DNA of 63,359 nt, the filler included, from Folioceros fuciformis (Eukaryota), in NCBI GenBank assembly GCA_049999805.1. It is 10 parts of 10 records of this genome, joined end to end, with 100 filler letters (N's around TTAATTAATTAA, not from the genome) between each part and the next. Parts side by side here need not be neighbours in the genome. Positions count along the whole stretch, not along the records: positions 24,239 to 33,225 come from JBNGIO010000792.1; positions 33,326 to 41,082 come from JBNGIO010000794.1; 8 more parts are not named here. One strand, 5' to 3'. How positions within the stretch are numbered: position 1 is the stretch's first letter; every line of letters begins with the position of its first letter. The notes beneath the pieces were generated by a model that was not told the origin of the DNA, did not search any database, and saw only the letters and a program-made list of their open reading frames with translations. Shown here piece by piece: positions 24,805-37,669 of the stretch. A program made the translations under genes and the position numbers.

Positions 24805-27800
24805 ATGCATACGAGGTTCAAGGACAGGTCAATGCATTCCAGCTCAGCAGACTTGGACAGAGGGGGGGTAAGTTGCATGATCCTTTTTGTGCTTCGGTTC
24901 CAGCAGCGTTCAGTTAAGAGCATTGACCGCAGTTGCACCATTTTGATGCGGTGTGTTTGCAGCTGATGGAAAGGCATCCCTCGTCCTGCTCTCTTTTTTT
25001 TTACCCCACATGCCTGATGTCGTGGAATATTCTGACAGGTCAATGATCCCAACACAGCCTCTCATTACCAAATGGACTATGAAAGTCAGAGGCCCGTATC
25101 AAATGTAGACTTCCTTTCTTCAGTTGCGTCCAAGGACTCCAATGAGCGAGGCCAGCATGGGGCCAAAGAGGCAGTTCATGATGGGCATGACTTTTTTGAG
25201 CAGGCGCAGATTCAGCAGCAGCCACAAGGAGGTTCCAGTGGGTGGCCATTTGTAAATAATCCGTGGGCTGGCAATGCGGCGAATCAGTTATTCTACCATT
25301 CTGACTACAATACGCAGGCTGCTACCGCAGCAGGGCACAATCAGATAAAAAATGGGAGCAATCAGTTGAGCTATTCGAGGAATCCTTTGCAGAGCGCTGA
25401 AGTGGGAGATGATGGTTTGTCGACTAGGTCAATGCATGCTTTTCTGCCGACAGTCAAGCAGCCTCGTGATTCTGGACAAGCTTCCACTGCTGGTCTGCAC
25501 GGTGGTCAGCCGAGCTCCCATCCCACTGTCATCAAAAGCCTGCCAAGAAGCCAGCCCTTCGATTATGAGGGGTTGTTGAATGGATCAGCATCTGTAGGTT
25601 ATAGGGCTGGTTCGAGCACAGACAGTCACGACTTTCAGCGAGGCCAACAGCAGACTCAGAACGTGAAGTATGGGACCCAGAATCTTGGACCCATGGCGGC
25701 ACAGATGGAAGTGCCTCAGGTCAAGTCAGGTGATTATGATTTTCTTGGTGGTCAATATGTTTTCAAGGGGCAGCAGCAAGCACAGCTGGGGCAGCAGCAA
25801 GCACAGCTGGGGCAGCAGCAATCACAGCTGGGGCCGCAGCAATCACAGCTAGGTCAACAAGTTGATATGGATTTGCATTCCTGGAATAGTCATATTCAGC
25901 AGCAACAGCAACAAGGGTACGCCCAGTATCCTCATCAGCCTCAGGTTGAGCAGCATTCACAGAGGCAGCAGATGCAGCCGTTCTTGGTGAATCAGAACCA
26001 GGCTCTGCCTAGTCAGTTTTCTGCTCTCCTTACAGATAATCATGTTCAAGATATTCCCAGGGTGGTGCATCCAGAACGCGCTGCTAGTCAAGTAGGGTTT
26101 GAGAATCCTAGGTTGCAGGCTGGCTTTAGTTCTGTTAGCAACAGTAGCTTGGGGAACCTTAACTGGGGTGCAGCGTCTGATGCAGCCCTCCTCAACACTG
26201 AATTTTTTCTTAGTCAAAACCAGAACTTTTCATGGCAGGATATGATGAAAGCATCTCAGGTGGAACCCTCACTTTATGGGTCGTTTGCTTCCAGAAGGGA
26301 AACAGTTGGGCAGAGTGTGAGTGGCTATGGAGGTGGGTCAGTCGGGCTGCAAGATCTCTATGGCGTGTCCAGTAAATCTGTGGGAAATGTCGTGCAGGTT
26401 GAAAAACCTATTCCCCGTGCTGTTGGCGCTGGTGCTCCTTTTGGAGACCATGGTTTCACCGAGTTCCCAACTGTGCAAAATGCAAGTAGGAGTGGTAAGC
26501 AACAGCCTGCTGCAGGTAAGTTGTCTTATGGACAGGGGCCTAGTGGTCAGCAGCCTTTTGCACAGGCTGCAGACCGCCAAAACAGCGCTCAGGTCAGAAA
26601 TTCATCTTCTGCAACTTCACAGTCTCATGTCCAGACTCAGGCCCAGAGTCATTCTCAGGGGCAGGCTCGATCTCAAAGAAGCTGGATGGGACCCCAAGAT
26701 CCGGCACAGGTCAGCAACTTTTTGTCTGAAGCCCAGCGAAGCAATGTTCTCTCCTCGACCAATATCCAGCAAAGCAGTCATCAGCAGGGCACTTTTCGGC
26801 AGCCAGCTGGTGCTTTAGATCTGCAAAGTCAAAGAAACCAAAGCCTTTCAACTGCAGCTCTAATGCACCATGCTGGATCTCAAGCAGGGGGATCCCTGTT
26901 TCTTAGCAGTATAGATGCAAAGCAGCAAGTAGGCTGGAATTCTTTGCAGCAGGGCACCTCTCAGGCTGCTGCTGCTCTAAACATGACGGACACTGGGCAG
27001 CATGGCAGCTGGGTCGCTCACAATTCACAGAATGATTCGTCAAGGTCTCAGCAGATAGGTGGGAAGCCAAAGGAGCAAAATATCTGGGGAGGACATGGGG
27101 GGAATGTTCAGCACGGATCTGGAGGTGCCTTGCATCTATTTACTGATGCTGAGTCTGTGACTAGAAGTGGTCATGCTGGGCATAACTTGCAACAGAGCAG
27201 CCTTCAGCCTGGTGCCCATCATTCTTTGGCAAAGTTTGATGTCAATCAGATGTCTCGTGCTGGATTTGCTTCCCAGCACAGTAGCATGAGTCAACATATG
27301 AATGAAGTTGATGCCAGAGGGCAAAATGGGTGGAGAGCACATACTCTGCTGCAAGGCGGATCCCAAACTGGTCACCAGCTCCAAGGGTATAGTGAGCTTG
27401 ATAGTGCTGCCACGAATAACTGGAGGCTCGAATCTGCTTGGCCCTCGTCTACTTCCCGTGGAGATGCCCCGGCACAGCTGTCTGAGCAGGAAGCCAGACA
27501 GCCCAACTCATTGCGGAGTCACAATCTTCAACAAAGCTCTTCCCAGGCTGGGCAGCTATCCAGCCTTTCAGGAGAGTCCAATGCTTGGGTTCAACATAGC
27601 CAGCAGAGTTCTAGGCCAAGTCTTCTATTTGGTAACAATATTGAGCTGCACCAGCTTCGGAGTCAGCATGGTCAACTATCACAGACAGAAACTTCTCATT
27701 CTGGCCAGAATTTGGACGGAAGACAACAAAGTGGTCGGATGCTCCAAGACGACAATGGACAGAGTAGTGGTCATGTTGAAGCTCATTTTGGAGAGAAATC

Positions 27801-30800
27801 CCACAACACCACGAACATGCAGCATGACGAAGTTGTCTATCAGTTTGCCATAGATTCAGATGCGAGAAATAATGTCAATCAGGAGTTTTTAGATGGGGCG
27901 CAGGCTGTAAACTCTAGCTCATTGTTCTCAAGTCAACCTGGTAAGCATCAGGTTTCAGATCCTGAAGGTAATATGCAACAGGGCGGTGCCAACCTGTGGG
28001 CTGCAGTAGGGAATTCTGATGCTGCTAAGAACTTTGCCAGTCATGCCGTCCAACCTGGACAGCAGGCTGCAGGTTCTGTGTATGGAGTAACAGATCTTAG
28101 GCAAAGTCCTGCAGGGGGGAGTGACTCGCAACAGAGCAATAAGCAAGTTGAAAATTTGTATCAGACTCTGAAGAATGCAAAAACCTCGCAGAGTAGGTTG
28201 AGTAACATGAATTCCGACCCTTGTGAAGCTGTCTTAGGAAATATGCCTTCAGCTTCTGCTCAGGGCTCTTTTCAAATTGCTGGGAGTTCTAGTTGGCAGC
28301 CAAGCACCGCAAATGTGCGGGGCATGGGCAATGCTCTGAACAATTTGAGTCAATCAAACCTGGGTGGGCATGTCTATCCGACTCTGAAGTCAGCCACTGC
28401 ATTGGATAAGGTACTGGTATTGAGCTATTGACAACTTTTTTGGGCTTCTATTGCCGCTTTCAATGTAGGATGGTTCTAGTTGTGACCCGTGTCTCAGGGA
28501 TATGTCGTGGGTCGGGTAGGTGGCTGGCTAACTATACTAGCTCTAAACCCTAAACAATCTTCACAACTCTTTTGGATGATATTTTTGTGCAGAATTTGGC
28601 AGGGAAGGTGCAGAGTGAGCCCATCTCAAAGGAAAAGAGGTTTCTGGAGAGCTCAGAGATCCCTGCAATTACAGCGGCCCCTCCAGTTGAGGAAGTACCC
28701 CTGCCTTCTGTAGGGGGCTCAAAAAAGCATCTTCCTCGCTCGAGGTAGGTCATGGCTTTGTGCCCATCCTCCTTCGCTGCTTATGCTACTCATGTTGGAT
28801 AGGGACTGCGAATTTGTTCATGCCCAGTACTATCTGTTTCCCTGTCAAGAAAGGTGGCAATGTTTTGATTTCGTTGGCTGATCTTCCTATTCTGTCTAGG
28901 CTGTGGTTGGAATCTAGAATGTACTCGTTTTATTCGTTTACAGAATTCTTCTTTAGGCCTGTGGAAGGTGAGTTGTGGTGGTTGATATTGAGTTCTGCAC
29001 GGGTTTATTGCAGGAACACTCTTGATCTGCTAACCAAACCCGATGATTCTAGTGAAAGCAGCATGGGTAACAGTGATGGTCCTGACGAGCCAGAGGGAGC
29101 TGAGGAGTCTGGGGACACTGGTGTGTCCTTGGCCCACTTGAGGAGGGCACAGACTTCAGGGCCTCAGTCCCCTCAGAGCTTTGGATTGGGTCTTGCACCA
29201 CCATCGCATCTCACTCAAGCGTCACAGCAAGGCAATGCATCGAAGCTCAATAGTCCTTTGAATTCACATGGCGACAGCAGACAGGTCCTTCCTGTGAATA
29301 GGGAGAAGGGGCAGCCGAACACATCCGTTGGGGCTTATAACATGCCAGACTGGAGGACTCACGGAAGCACCTCCATGGCAGCTGAGAATGACAATCTCGG
29401 GCGACACGCGGGTATTATTGGGCAAAATACAAGTGTGGGGGTGAACACATCAATGAGACCTCAAGATTTTCCTTCAGATCAAGTACAGTACCCTCCAATC
29501 TCTTCGCAGCCTCTTGGTTCGCTCTCCTCCAATGAACCTCTGCTGAGTAGGGCCAGTGATGTGCAACCTTCTCAGCAGCCAGATTCAATGAGTGGAGCTG
29601 ATGTACTTGGAGCAACTGCTTCTTCTCAAGGTGATTCTGCCGCAAAGCAGAACACCCCCCCAAGTGCTTCACCTTCACAGAGTTTGGATGTTGGTGGATC
29701 TAAGATGTCTGCAGCCAATCCTGACTCACAGGCAACCACTACAACCTTTGCAGCCATGACTCAGCACAATTTGTTGCAGAAGTTTCAGCAGCAACTTGCT
29801 GCAAATTCTTCTTTTTCTTCGCACTATGCTGCCAGTCTTGCAACTATGATGAACACTTATCAGATGAGTCTTGCTGGGAAATCCAAACAGGCTACTGCTA
29901 CTGAGAATCATATTGCTGGACATGGACAACGTGATGCTTTCCGAGTACCAGGACCAAAGCATTTGAATGGTCTGCAGATGGCCACGTCAAAAGCAGATGT
30001 TTCTCAGGCGACTGGGGATATGTCTCGATTTTCTTATGGGCATGGCCTCAGTCAAAATCAGTCCTTGTTTGCCCAGGTGCCGTCACCCTCCCAAGGCACT
30101 GATCAAGTCAAATCCCAGCCGGGGAAGGGTTTTCAGCAAAGTGGTGTTGCGGGAAATGAATGGACCCCCTCTCTGCATTATAACATGCAGAATCAGGCAA
30201 GAATGTTTCCTGGACAGACTCATCCTTTGCATGGGCAGTCACCAGCTGTTCAGTCAGACCAGTATACTGCTCTTGGCAAGGGAACTGCTGGTCATCAAAC
30301 TCAATATGATATGTCTGCCGCTTCCTCCATCGCCATGGACCAACAGTTTCGAGCTCCTTTTCAAGAGAGGGAACCAGTTGCTGAGGCAGGAGAGCAAAAT
30401 CGCAATATGCACCACTTCCACGTACCCCAGTCTGAGCATCAGGGCATTCGAACACCATCTCAATCTGGGTCAATTGCGGTGAGGGGCTCACACCTGAGAA
30501 CAGACCCTTCACTGTATTACACCACTCAAGCTCAGGTTCAAGCCCGCGCAGAACAAGTGCAGGCCAAAGCCCAGCAGGCTCAAGCCAAGGTCCAAGCTCA
30601 GGCCCAATCCCAAGCTCAGGCTGCCCAGGCTCAGTCCCAAGCCCAGGCCCAGGCCCAAGCGCAGGCCAAAGCCCAGGCCCAAGCTCAAGCTCAAGCTCAA
30701 GCTCAAGCTCAAGCTCAAGCCCAAGCTCAGGCTCAGGCACAGGCTCAGGCCCAGGCACAGGCCCAAGCACAGGCACAGGCCCAAGTCCAGCATGCTCAAG

Positions 30801-33169
30801 CTCAGGCTCAATCCCAGCAGGCTCAAGTTCAGGCTCAAGCCCATCAGGCTCAAGCTCAGGCCCAAGTCCATCAGGCCCAAGCCCAGCAGGCTCAAGCTCA
30901 GGCCCAAGCCCAGCAGGCTCAAGCTCAGGCCCAAGCCCAGCAGGCTCAAGCTCAGGCCCAAGCCCAGCAAGCTCAAGCTCAGGCCCTCGTACAGGCCCAC
31001 CAGCAAGCTCAGGCTCAGGCCCAGGCCCAGGCTCAGGCCCAGGGTCTTGTTCAGGCTCCACATCAGTCCCATGCCCAGCATCAGTCCCAGGCTCAGGTCC
31101 AGGGTCTTGTTCAGGCTCCACATCAGTCCCATGCACAGCATCAGTCCCAGGCTCATCATGCTCACGCTCAACAAGCTCATGTGCAGGCTCAACAGGCACA
31201 AGCTCAGGCTTCGCAAGCAAGTGCTCAAGTTCAACATCAATCTCATGTGCAGGCGCAGACACCAGGCCTCACTCATGCCCAAGCTCAAATGCAGGCTCAG
31301 GTACATGCACACCAGAATAGGCTTCTTCAGATGGTATCACAGTCGTCCGGAGGGGATAGAAGCACATCAGCTCAACATGCAGCCAATATGTACAGCAATA
31401 TGAGTGCTGCTGTGCGTAGTCAGCTTCAAGCACACCAGGCAGCTTTGGCTAATGGTGCTGGTCAGTGGTTCAATCGAGGTGTGCAGCCCTCAAGGTTTGG
31501 GACCAACATTCTTGCTCAGTCTCTGCAAAAGGCGGGTGATTCAAAAGCCCTTGCCGTTGTCCAAACCTTGAATGGTGCAGCCCAAATGTCCAGTAGTATG
31601 CCTTTTGGTGCTGGTGGTGACAGAATAATTTTGCACCAGCACCAACAGCAGGACATGAGCTCAGTGTCTGCCCTCAGCACCCATGTGGCATCCCCACCAA
31701 AGAAGCGCAAGAAAGAGCATGTGCCCTTGGTGCCCTGGAGGGAGGTCATTTCTCAGTCCTTGTTTGAGCTTCCGACCACAAGGTTGGTTCTATCTTGCCC
31801 CGAGTAATTTCCAGCTGTCAGTTTGTTCAGTTTTGAGCAGGTTGGTGATGTGCCTTTGTCTTGGACACAGTGGTTCGGAGGCGCTGTGGTCAGCTGCAGC
31901 AAACCGACTGCCAGAAAAGGTATAACCCTGCTCTCTAATGTATGCCAAGGAATGATGTTAGTCGTCCAGTTGCAGTCGAAAAGAGGCTGACTCGTTGATT
32001 AGATGAAATTACACTCATTCCAATCCGACTGGTTGTATCATCATCTGTGGTGGGTGACGCCCTGTATAGACTAATTGGAAGTGCTGTTTTCTTCAGGAAA
32101 TTGTGTATGATGATGGACTCGACAACGTGGATCCAGGTGTACTGGTTATCACGAGGGCAAAACAGCGACTCAAGTCATCGACTCAGTTGTGTCAGCAGAT
32201 AATACCCGCATTACCAGTCATCTGGATGCAAGCCAAGACGGAGGATGACAGAAATGCTGCAACTTTCGTGCTGTCCAAGGTTGTGCTGAGCGAGACGTGC
32301 AGGCTTCTAAATGGGGCAGAGAAACAGGGGTACCTTGTCGGGAAGGTCCTCAGCATCAAGGATGTCAGCGGTGGTGAAGTAACGGAGGATGCCGGGAGTA
32401 GAATGAAAGAGGTAGGGAATGATGCTGAAGTGATAGAAGAGGTGAAGGATGCACCGGATGCGAAGCGAGTGACAGAAGCCAGTGAGCAGGACAAGGATGT
32501 GAAAGATGGGAGTCGGGAAGATTCAGACAAGTATGTCATCTGAGCCCCTCAATTTTTTCCTGTACAAGCTGCAAGCTGTTTGGTGAGACGTGTAATCGTG
32601 GATTGACGCGCATGGAGGGAATGGGCAATGAAGGATTAAGGTATCTTTTGTGTAATGTTGCAGCCTAATGCCAGCGGCAACTCCTAGCACTCTGTCATTG
32701 CGACCACGCTTTATGGAAGGAGTGAGACTGAAAATGAAGATGATGCAAGAGGATTTGTTGAGGTACGAGTCTTGTCTTCTACATGTTTGAGGTTGTTTGT
32801 TGCGTGTAACATGGAGATGGAAAGAAGGGTGTCTCTGATATGCGCTGGTCTGATCCAAATCAATGTCAATCCAGGATGGAGAGCGCTCCGTCCGCCTTGG
32901 AACTGTACAGGGACATGAATGATGTGGATAAGGTGGGCATAGGGAACCGGCTTGCCAGGCATCACGGTCCCCAATTCAGCGTGGAAGCCCTGGATGTAGG
33001 GACAGGAGGCAAAGAAGGCAAGAACGGGAGGGAATTAAGAGACCTGCAATTGGCCGCCGCCGCCATCTTGCCATCACACAGCTCCGTGAGGGCCCTCCCT
33101 CAGAGATATGTGACTGTGCTGCCGTTTCCGGCTTCTCTGCCGGATGGCTTGCTGCGGTACAATCTTTGA
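24805..33169 (+). CDS. Large multi-exon Q/S/G-rich, probably nuclear protein of the plant 'dentin sialophosphoprotein-like' (At5g07980-type) family
   Basis: Exons with GT/AG borders at about 24805-24868, 25039-28410, 28593-28744, 29015-31781, 31871-31919, 32097-32530, 32664-32761, 32876-33169; motifs [60 protein letters not shown]. Start codon is inferred. Confidence 0.78.
30525..31310 (+). repeat. Coding (Gln-Ala)n / QAQ low-complexity tract
   Basis: CAAGCT/CAGGCC hexamer runs translating to QAQAQA..., followed by a duplicated [18 protein letters not shown] unit. Confidence 0.95.
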
Positions 33170-33326
33170 AACCAACCCCCTTTTGTCAATTAGGTAGAGT
33201 ATGCAAGCAGGCTGTAAATTGGTCANNNNNNNNNNNNNNNNNNNNNNNNNNNNNNNNNNNNNNNNNNNNTTAATTAATTAANNNNNNNNNNNNNNNNNNN
33301 NNNNNNNNNNNNNNNNNNNNNNNNNG

Positions 33327-36300
33327 GATGCCACGGCGGTGATTGGCGGGAATGGTTTGTTCACGCAGACCAGGCCGGATGTGAGGCGCATTGTCCCGGA
33401 GGCTAAGCCCGGGGTGCCGGTGGTGAAGGTGGTGTACGTGGTGCTGGAGGCTCAGTACCAGGCTTCGTTGTCCGCGGCGGTGAGGAGCATTAACCGCAGG
33501 CGGACGGACGTGCGGGTGGAGGTCGTGGGGTACCTTGTGGAAGAGCTTCGGGATAAGGATAATTATGCGATGTTGAGGAAGGATTTGGCGGATGCGAACA
33601 TTTTCATCGGGTCGCTCATTTTCGTGGAGGAGCTGGCGGTGAAGGTGCGGGAGGCGGTGGAGGCAGAGCGGGACCGGTTGGATGCAATTCTTGTGTTTCC
33701 GTCCATGCCGGAGGTGATGCGGTTGAATAAGGTGGGGACGTTCACCATGGCGTCGCTGGGGCAGTCCAAGAGCGCCATCGCGCAGTTCATGCGGAGGAAG
33801 CGGAAGGAGGCGGGGAGCGGGTTCGAGGAGGCCATGTTGAAGCTCATTCGGACTCTCCCGGAAATTCTCAAATACTTGCCCAGTGACAAGGCGCAGGATG
33901 TGAGGAATTTCATGATGAGCTTGCAGTTCTGGCTCGGTGGATCTCCGGAGAATTTGGAGAACTTCTTGCTCATGATTTCCGGGGCGTATGTGCCTGCGCT
34001 GGCTGGGACCAAGTTGGAGTTCAGTGACCCGGTTGTGTTTTTGGATACCGGGATATGGCATCCGTTGGCCCCGTGTATGTATAGTGACGTGAAGGAGTAT
34101 CTGAATTGGTATCAGACGAGGAGGGACGTGAATCCTAAGGTGAAGGATCCGGAGGCCCCTTGTGTCGGGCTCATCTGTCAGAGGAGCCACATTGTGACTG
34201 GAGATGACGGCCATTATGCCGCTGTGGTGATGGAGTTGGAGGCTAGGGGGGCGAAGGTGATCCCCATTTTTGCTGGAGGGTTGGATTTTTCGGGACCTGT
34301 GAAGAAGTTTCTGTACAACCCCATCTCGAAGAAGCCCATGGTGCATGCTGTGGTGTCGCTCACTGGGTTTGCCTTGGTGGGAGGGCCTGCCAGCCAGGAT
34401 CATCCCAAGGCTATTCAGGCTCTGCAGGAGCTGGATGTGCCTTACCTTGTTGCTCTGCCTCTGGTGTTCCAGACCACGGAGGAGTGGCTGGAGAGCACTC
34501 TCGGTTTGCACCCGATCCAAGTTGCCCTGCAGGTGGCCCTGCCGGAGTTGGATGGGGGCATGGAGCCCATCGTGTTCTCTGGGCGCGACAGCCGGACGGG
34601 GAAGTCGCATGCTCTTCATGATCGAGTGAGCCAGCTTTGTACCAGGGCTGTGAATTGGGCTGAGTTGAAGCAGAAACCGAAGGCGGAGAAGAAGCTGGCC
34701 ATCACGGTTTTCAGTTTCCCTCCTGACAAGGGGAACGTGGGGACTGCTGCTTATCTCAATGTTTTTGCCTCCATCTACAGCGTCATGAAGGAGTTGCAGG
34801 CCGATGGGTACAATGTTGACGGGCTGCCTGGGTCTGCGGAGGGGTTGATCCAGGAGATCATTCACGACAAAGAAGCCAAGTTCAACAGCCCTGACCTGAA
34901 CATTGCGTATAAAATGTCTGTCCGGGAGTACGAACGCTTGACCCCCTACTCCAAGCTGCTGGAGGAGAGCTGGGGGAAGGCTCCGGGGACGCTGAACTCT
35001 GACGGCCAGAACTTGCTTGTGTACGGCAAGCAGTATGGTAACATTTTCATCGGAGTGCAGCCCACTTTCGGTTACGAAGGGGACCCCATGCGCTTGCTGT
35101 TTTCCAACTCGGCCAGTCCGCATCATGGGTTTGCTGCCTTCTACTCCTATCTGGAGAAGGTGTTTGGTGCCAATGCCGTATTGCATTTCGGCACCCATGG
35201 TTCTCTGGAGTTCATGCCTGGGAAGCAGGTTGGTATGAGCGATGTGTGTTATCCCGACACTTTGATTGGGAACATCCCTAACATTTACTACTACGCTGCC
35301 AACAACCCATCCGAGGCAACCATTGCGAAGAGAAGGAGCTACGCTAACACCATTAGTTACCTCACGCCTCCTGCGGAGAATGCAGGGCTGTACAAGGGTC
35401 TGAAACAGCTGAGTGAGCTCATCTCTTCTTACCAGTCCCTGAAGGACTCAGGAAGAGGTCCTCAGATCGTGAGCTCTGTCATCAGCACTGCCAAGCAGTG
35501 CAATCTGGATAAGGACATTGCCTTACCAGCGGAGAATCAGGAGTTGTCGGCTGAAGAGAGGGACTTCGTGGTTGGTAAGGTGTATGGGAAGTTGATGGAG
35601 ATCGAATCCCGATTGCTTCCTTGTGGTCTGCATGTCATCGGTGAGCCGCCCAGTGCTATGGAAGCTGTAGCCACCCTTGTGAACATCGCTGCAATCGACC
35701 GGCCTGAGGAGAACATTTTCGGGCTACCAGGTATTCTGGCTGAGGCGGTCGGAAGGGAAATCGAGGATGTGTACAGGTCCAGCGACAAGGGGACTCTGGC
35801 TGATGTGAATCTCCTCAACGATATTACTCAGGCTTCGAGGGATGCGGTGTCTGCCTTCGTGGCGAAGACGACCAACAACAGGGGTCAGGTGGTGAACGTG
35901 GCTGAGAAGTTGGGATCTCTGTTTGGCCTGGGGAGGAGGGAGCCCTGGGTAGAGGCTCTGAAGAAGACGAGATTTCAGAAAGTAGATGAAGAGAAATTGC
36001 GGAATCTCTTCGAGTTCCTCAACTTCTGTCTGAAGCAGGTTGTGGCAGACAACGAGCTGGGTGGGTTAAAGCAAGCTCTGGAAGGCAGGTTTGTGGAACC
36101 CGGTCCGGGAGGGGATCCTATTAGGAACCCCAAGGTGCTGCCGACTGGGAGGAACATTCACGCCCTGGACCCACAAGCCATTCCCACATCTGCCGCCCTG
36201 CAGAGTGCAAAGATAGTCGTGGATCGGCTGCTGGAGAGACAGAAGGCGGAGAACGGTGGGAAGTATCCTGAGACGATAGCACTGGTGCTGTGGGGAACAG

Positions 36301-37340
36301 ACAACATTAAGACTTATGGTGAGTCCTTAGCCCAGGTGTTATGGATGGTCGGTGCGAAGCCTGTCCCAGACGCCCTGGGCAGGGTGAACAAGGTGGAGCC
36401 CGTACCTCTGGAAGAATTGGGCAGACCTCGTGTCGACGTGGTGGTGAACTGCTCCGGTGTCTTCAGAGATCTCTTCATCAACCAGATGAACTTGTTGGAC
36501 AGAGCGGTGAAGATGGTTGCCGAGTTGGACGAGCCAGACGACCTGAACTTTGTGCGAAAGCATGCACGGCAGCAGGCTGAATCTCTCAACATCAGCCTCA
36601 GGGAAGCAGCGACAAGAATCTACTCGAACGCATCTGGCTCTTACTCTTCGAACGTTAACCTGGCTGTTGAGAACTCTTCCTGGAACGATGAGAAGCAGCT
36701 CCAGGACATGTACTTGTCGCGGAAGTCCTTTGCCTTCGACTCGGACACACCTGGAGCAGGGATGATGGAGAAAAGGAGTGTGTTTGAGGCTGCTCTGGCC
36801 ACTGCCGATGCCACTTTCCAAAACTTGGACTCCTCTGAGATCTCCCTGACTGATGTGAGCCACTACTTCGACTCAGATCCAACCAAGCTTGTCCAGAGTC
36901 TGAGGTCGGATAAGAAGAAGCCCAACGCCTACATCGCCGACACCACCACCGCCAACGCCCAGGTGAGGTCATTGGCAGAGACCGTGAGACTGGATGCCCG
37001 CACTAAGATGTTGAACCCCAAGTGGTACGAAGGGATGTTGGCCAGTGGTTACGAAGGAGTCAGGGAGATCGAGAAGAGGCTGACAAACACCATGGGCTGG
37101 AGCGCGACTTCGGGCCAGGTCGACAACTGGGTGTACGAAGAGGCCAACTCCACTTTCATCGAGGATGAGGCCATGCAGAAGAGGTTGCTGGAGACCAACC
37201 CCAACTCCTTCCGCAAGCTTGTGGCAACCTTCCTTGAGGCGAATGGCAGAGGCTACTGGGAGACTTCTGAGGAGAATTTGGATAAGCTGAGGCAGCTGTA
37301 TGCAGAGGTTGAAGACAAGATAGAAGGGGTGGACAGATGA
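33327..37340 (+). CDS. CHLH: Magnesium chelatase subunit H, 5'-truncated by the gap (transit peptide mostly missing)
   Basis: Uninterrupted ORF of 1333+ aa: [80 protein letters not shown], ending [10 protein letters not shown]. Confidence 0.98.
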   Translation, partial: DATAVIGGNGLFTQTRPDVRRIVPEAKPGVPVVKVVYVVLEAQYQASLSAAVRSINRRRTDVRVEVVGYLVEELRDKDNYAMLRKDLADANIFIGSLIFVEELAVKVREAVEAERDRLDAILVFPSMPEVMRLNKVGTFTMASLGQSKSAIAQFMRRKRKEAGSGFEEAMLKLIRTLPEILKYLPSDKAQDVRNFMMSLQFWLGGSPENLENFLLMISGAYVPALAGTKLEFSDPVVFLDTGIWHPLAPCMYSDVKEYLNWYQTRRDVNPKVKDPEAPCVGLICQRSHIVTGDDGHYAAVVMELEARGAKVIPIFAGGLDFSGPVKKFLYNPISKKPMVHAVVSLTGFALVGGPASQDHPKAIQALQELDVPYLVALPLVFQTTEEWLESTLGLHPIQVALQVALPELDGGMEPIVFSGRDSRTGKSHALHDRVSQLCTRAVNWAELKQKPKAEKKLAITVFSFPPDKGNVGTAAYLNVFASIYSVMKELQADGYNVDGLPGSAEGLIQEIIHDKEAKFNSPDLNIAYKMSVREYERLTPYSKLLEESWGKAPGTLNSDGQNLLVYGKQYGNIFIGVQPTFGYEGDPMRLLFSNSASPHHGFAAFYSYLEKVFGANAVLHFGTHGSLEFMPGKQVGMSDVCYPDTLIGNIPNIYYYAANNPSEATIAKRRSYANTISYLTPPAENAGLYKGLKQLSELISSYQSLKDSGRGPQIVSSVISTAKQCNLDKDIALPAENQELSAEERDFVVGKVYGKLMEIESRLLPCGLHVIGEPPSAMEAVATLVNIAAIDRPEENIFGLPGILAEAVGREIEDVYRSSDKGTLADVNLLNDITQASRDAVSAFVAKTTNNRGQVVNVAEKLGSLFGLGRREPWVEALKKTRFQKVDEEKLRNLFEFLNFCLKQVVADNELGGLKQALEGRFVEPGPGGDPIRNPKVLPTGRNIHALDPQAIPTSAALQSAKIVVDRLLERQKAENGGKYPETIALVLWGTDNIKTYGESLAQVLWMVGAKPVPDALGRVNKVEPVPLEELGRPRVDVVVNCSGVFRDLFINQMNLLDRAVKMVAELDEPDDLNFVRKHARQQAESLNISLREAATRIYSNASGSYSSNVNLAVENSSWNDEKQLQDMYLSRKSFAFDSDTPGAGMMEKRSVFEAALATADATFQNLDSSEISLTDVSHYFDSDPTKLVQSLRSDKKKPNAYIADTTTANAQVRSLAETVRLDARTKMLNPKWYEGMLASGYEGVREIEKRLTNTMGWSATSGQVDNWVYEEANSTFIEDEAMQKRLLETNPNSFRKLVATFLEANGRGYWETSEENLDKLRQLYAEVEDKIEGVDR

Positions 37341-37669
37341 TCGTCATGTTGACACTGCTGCTCATTCATTTTTGCTTGCTGCTGCCACTTCAACAAGGCA
37401 GTCCATCCATCCGAAACGTGGATAGCTGCCTTCGTGTGTAGATCACGTAGATGTAGGAGCAATTTCCGGAATCACAACTTGCTGCATTTGAAATCCGGAT
37501 GTAGTCCTCTGTGTATCGTTTTTGTCTACTGAAACATGAATGTGATCCATCCGAGTAGTGCTGCTTGCTTGACCTAGTATCCCTATCGTTTCATCATGAG
37601 TCTATTTAGATTAAAAAATATTTATTGAATATTACATATGCTAATTTATGGATCATTATCCCCTAACAA

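Noticed and set aside
30108-31403. ORFs rich in LGLSLS, PELEP and RLKLRP
   Set aside because: Alternative frames of the (QA)n hexamer repeat.
33270-35198. 642-aa ORF on the - strand
   Set aside because: Antisense shadow of the GC3-rich CHLH coding sequence; no recognisable motifs.
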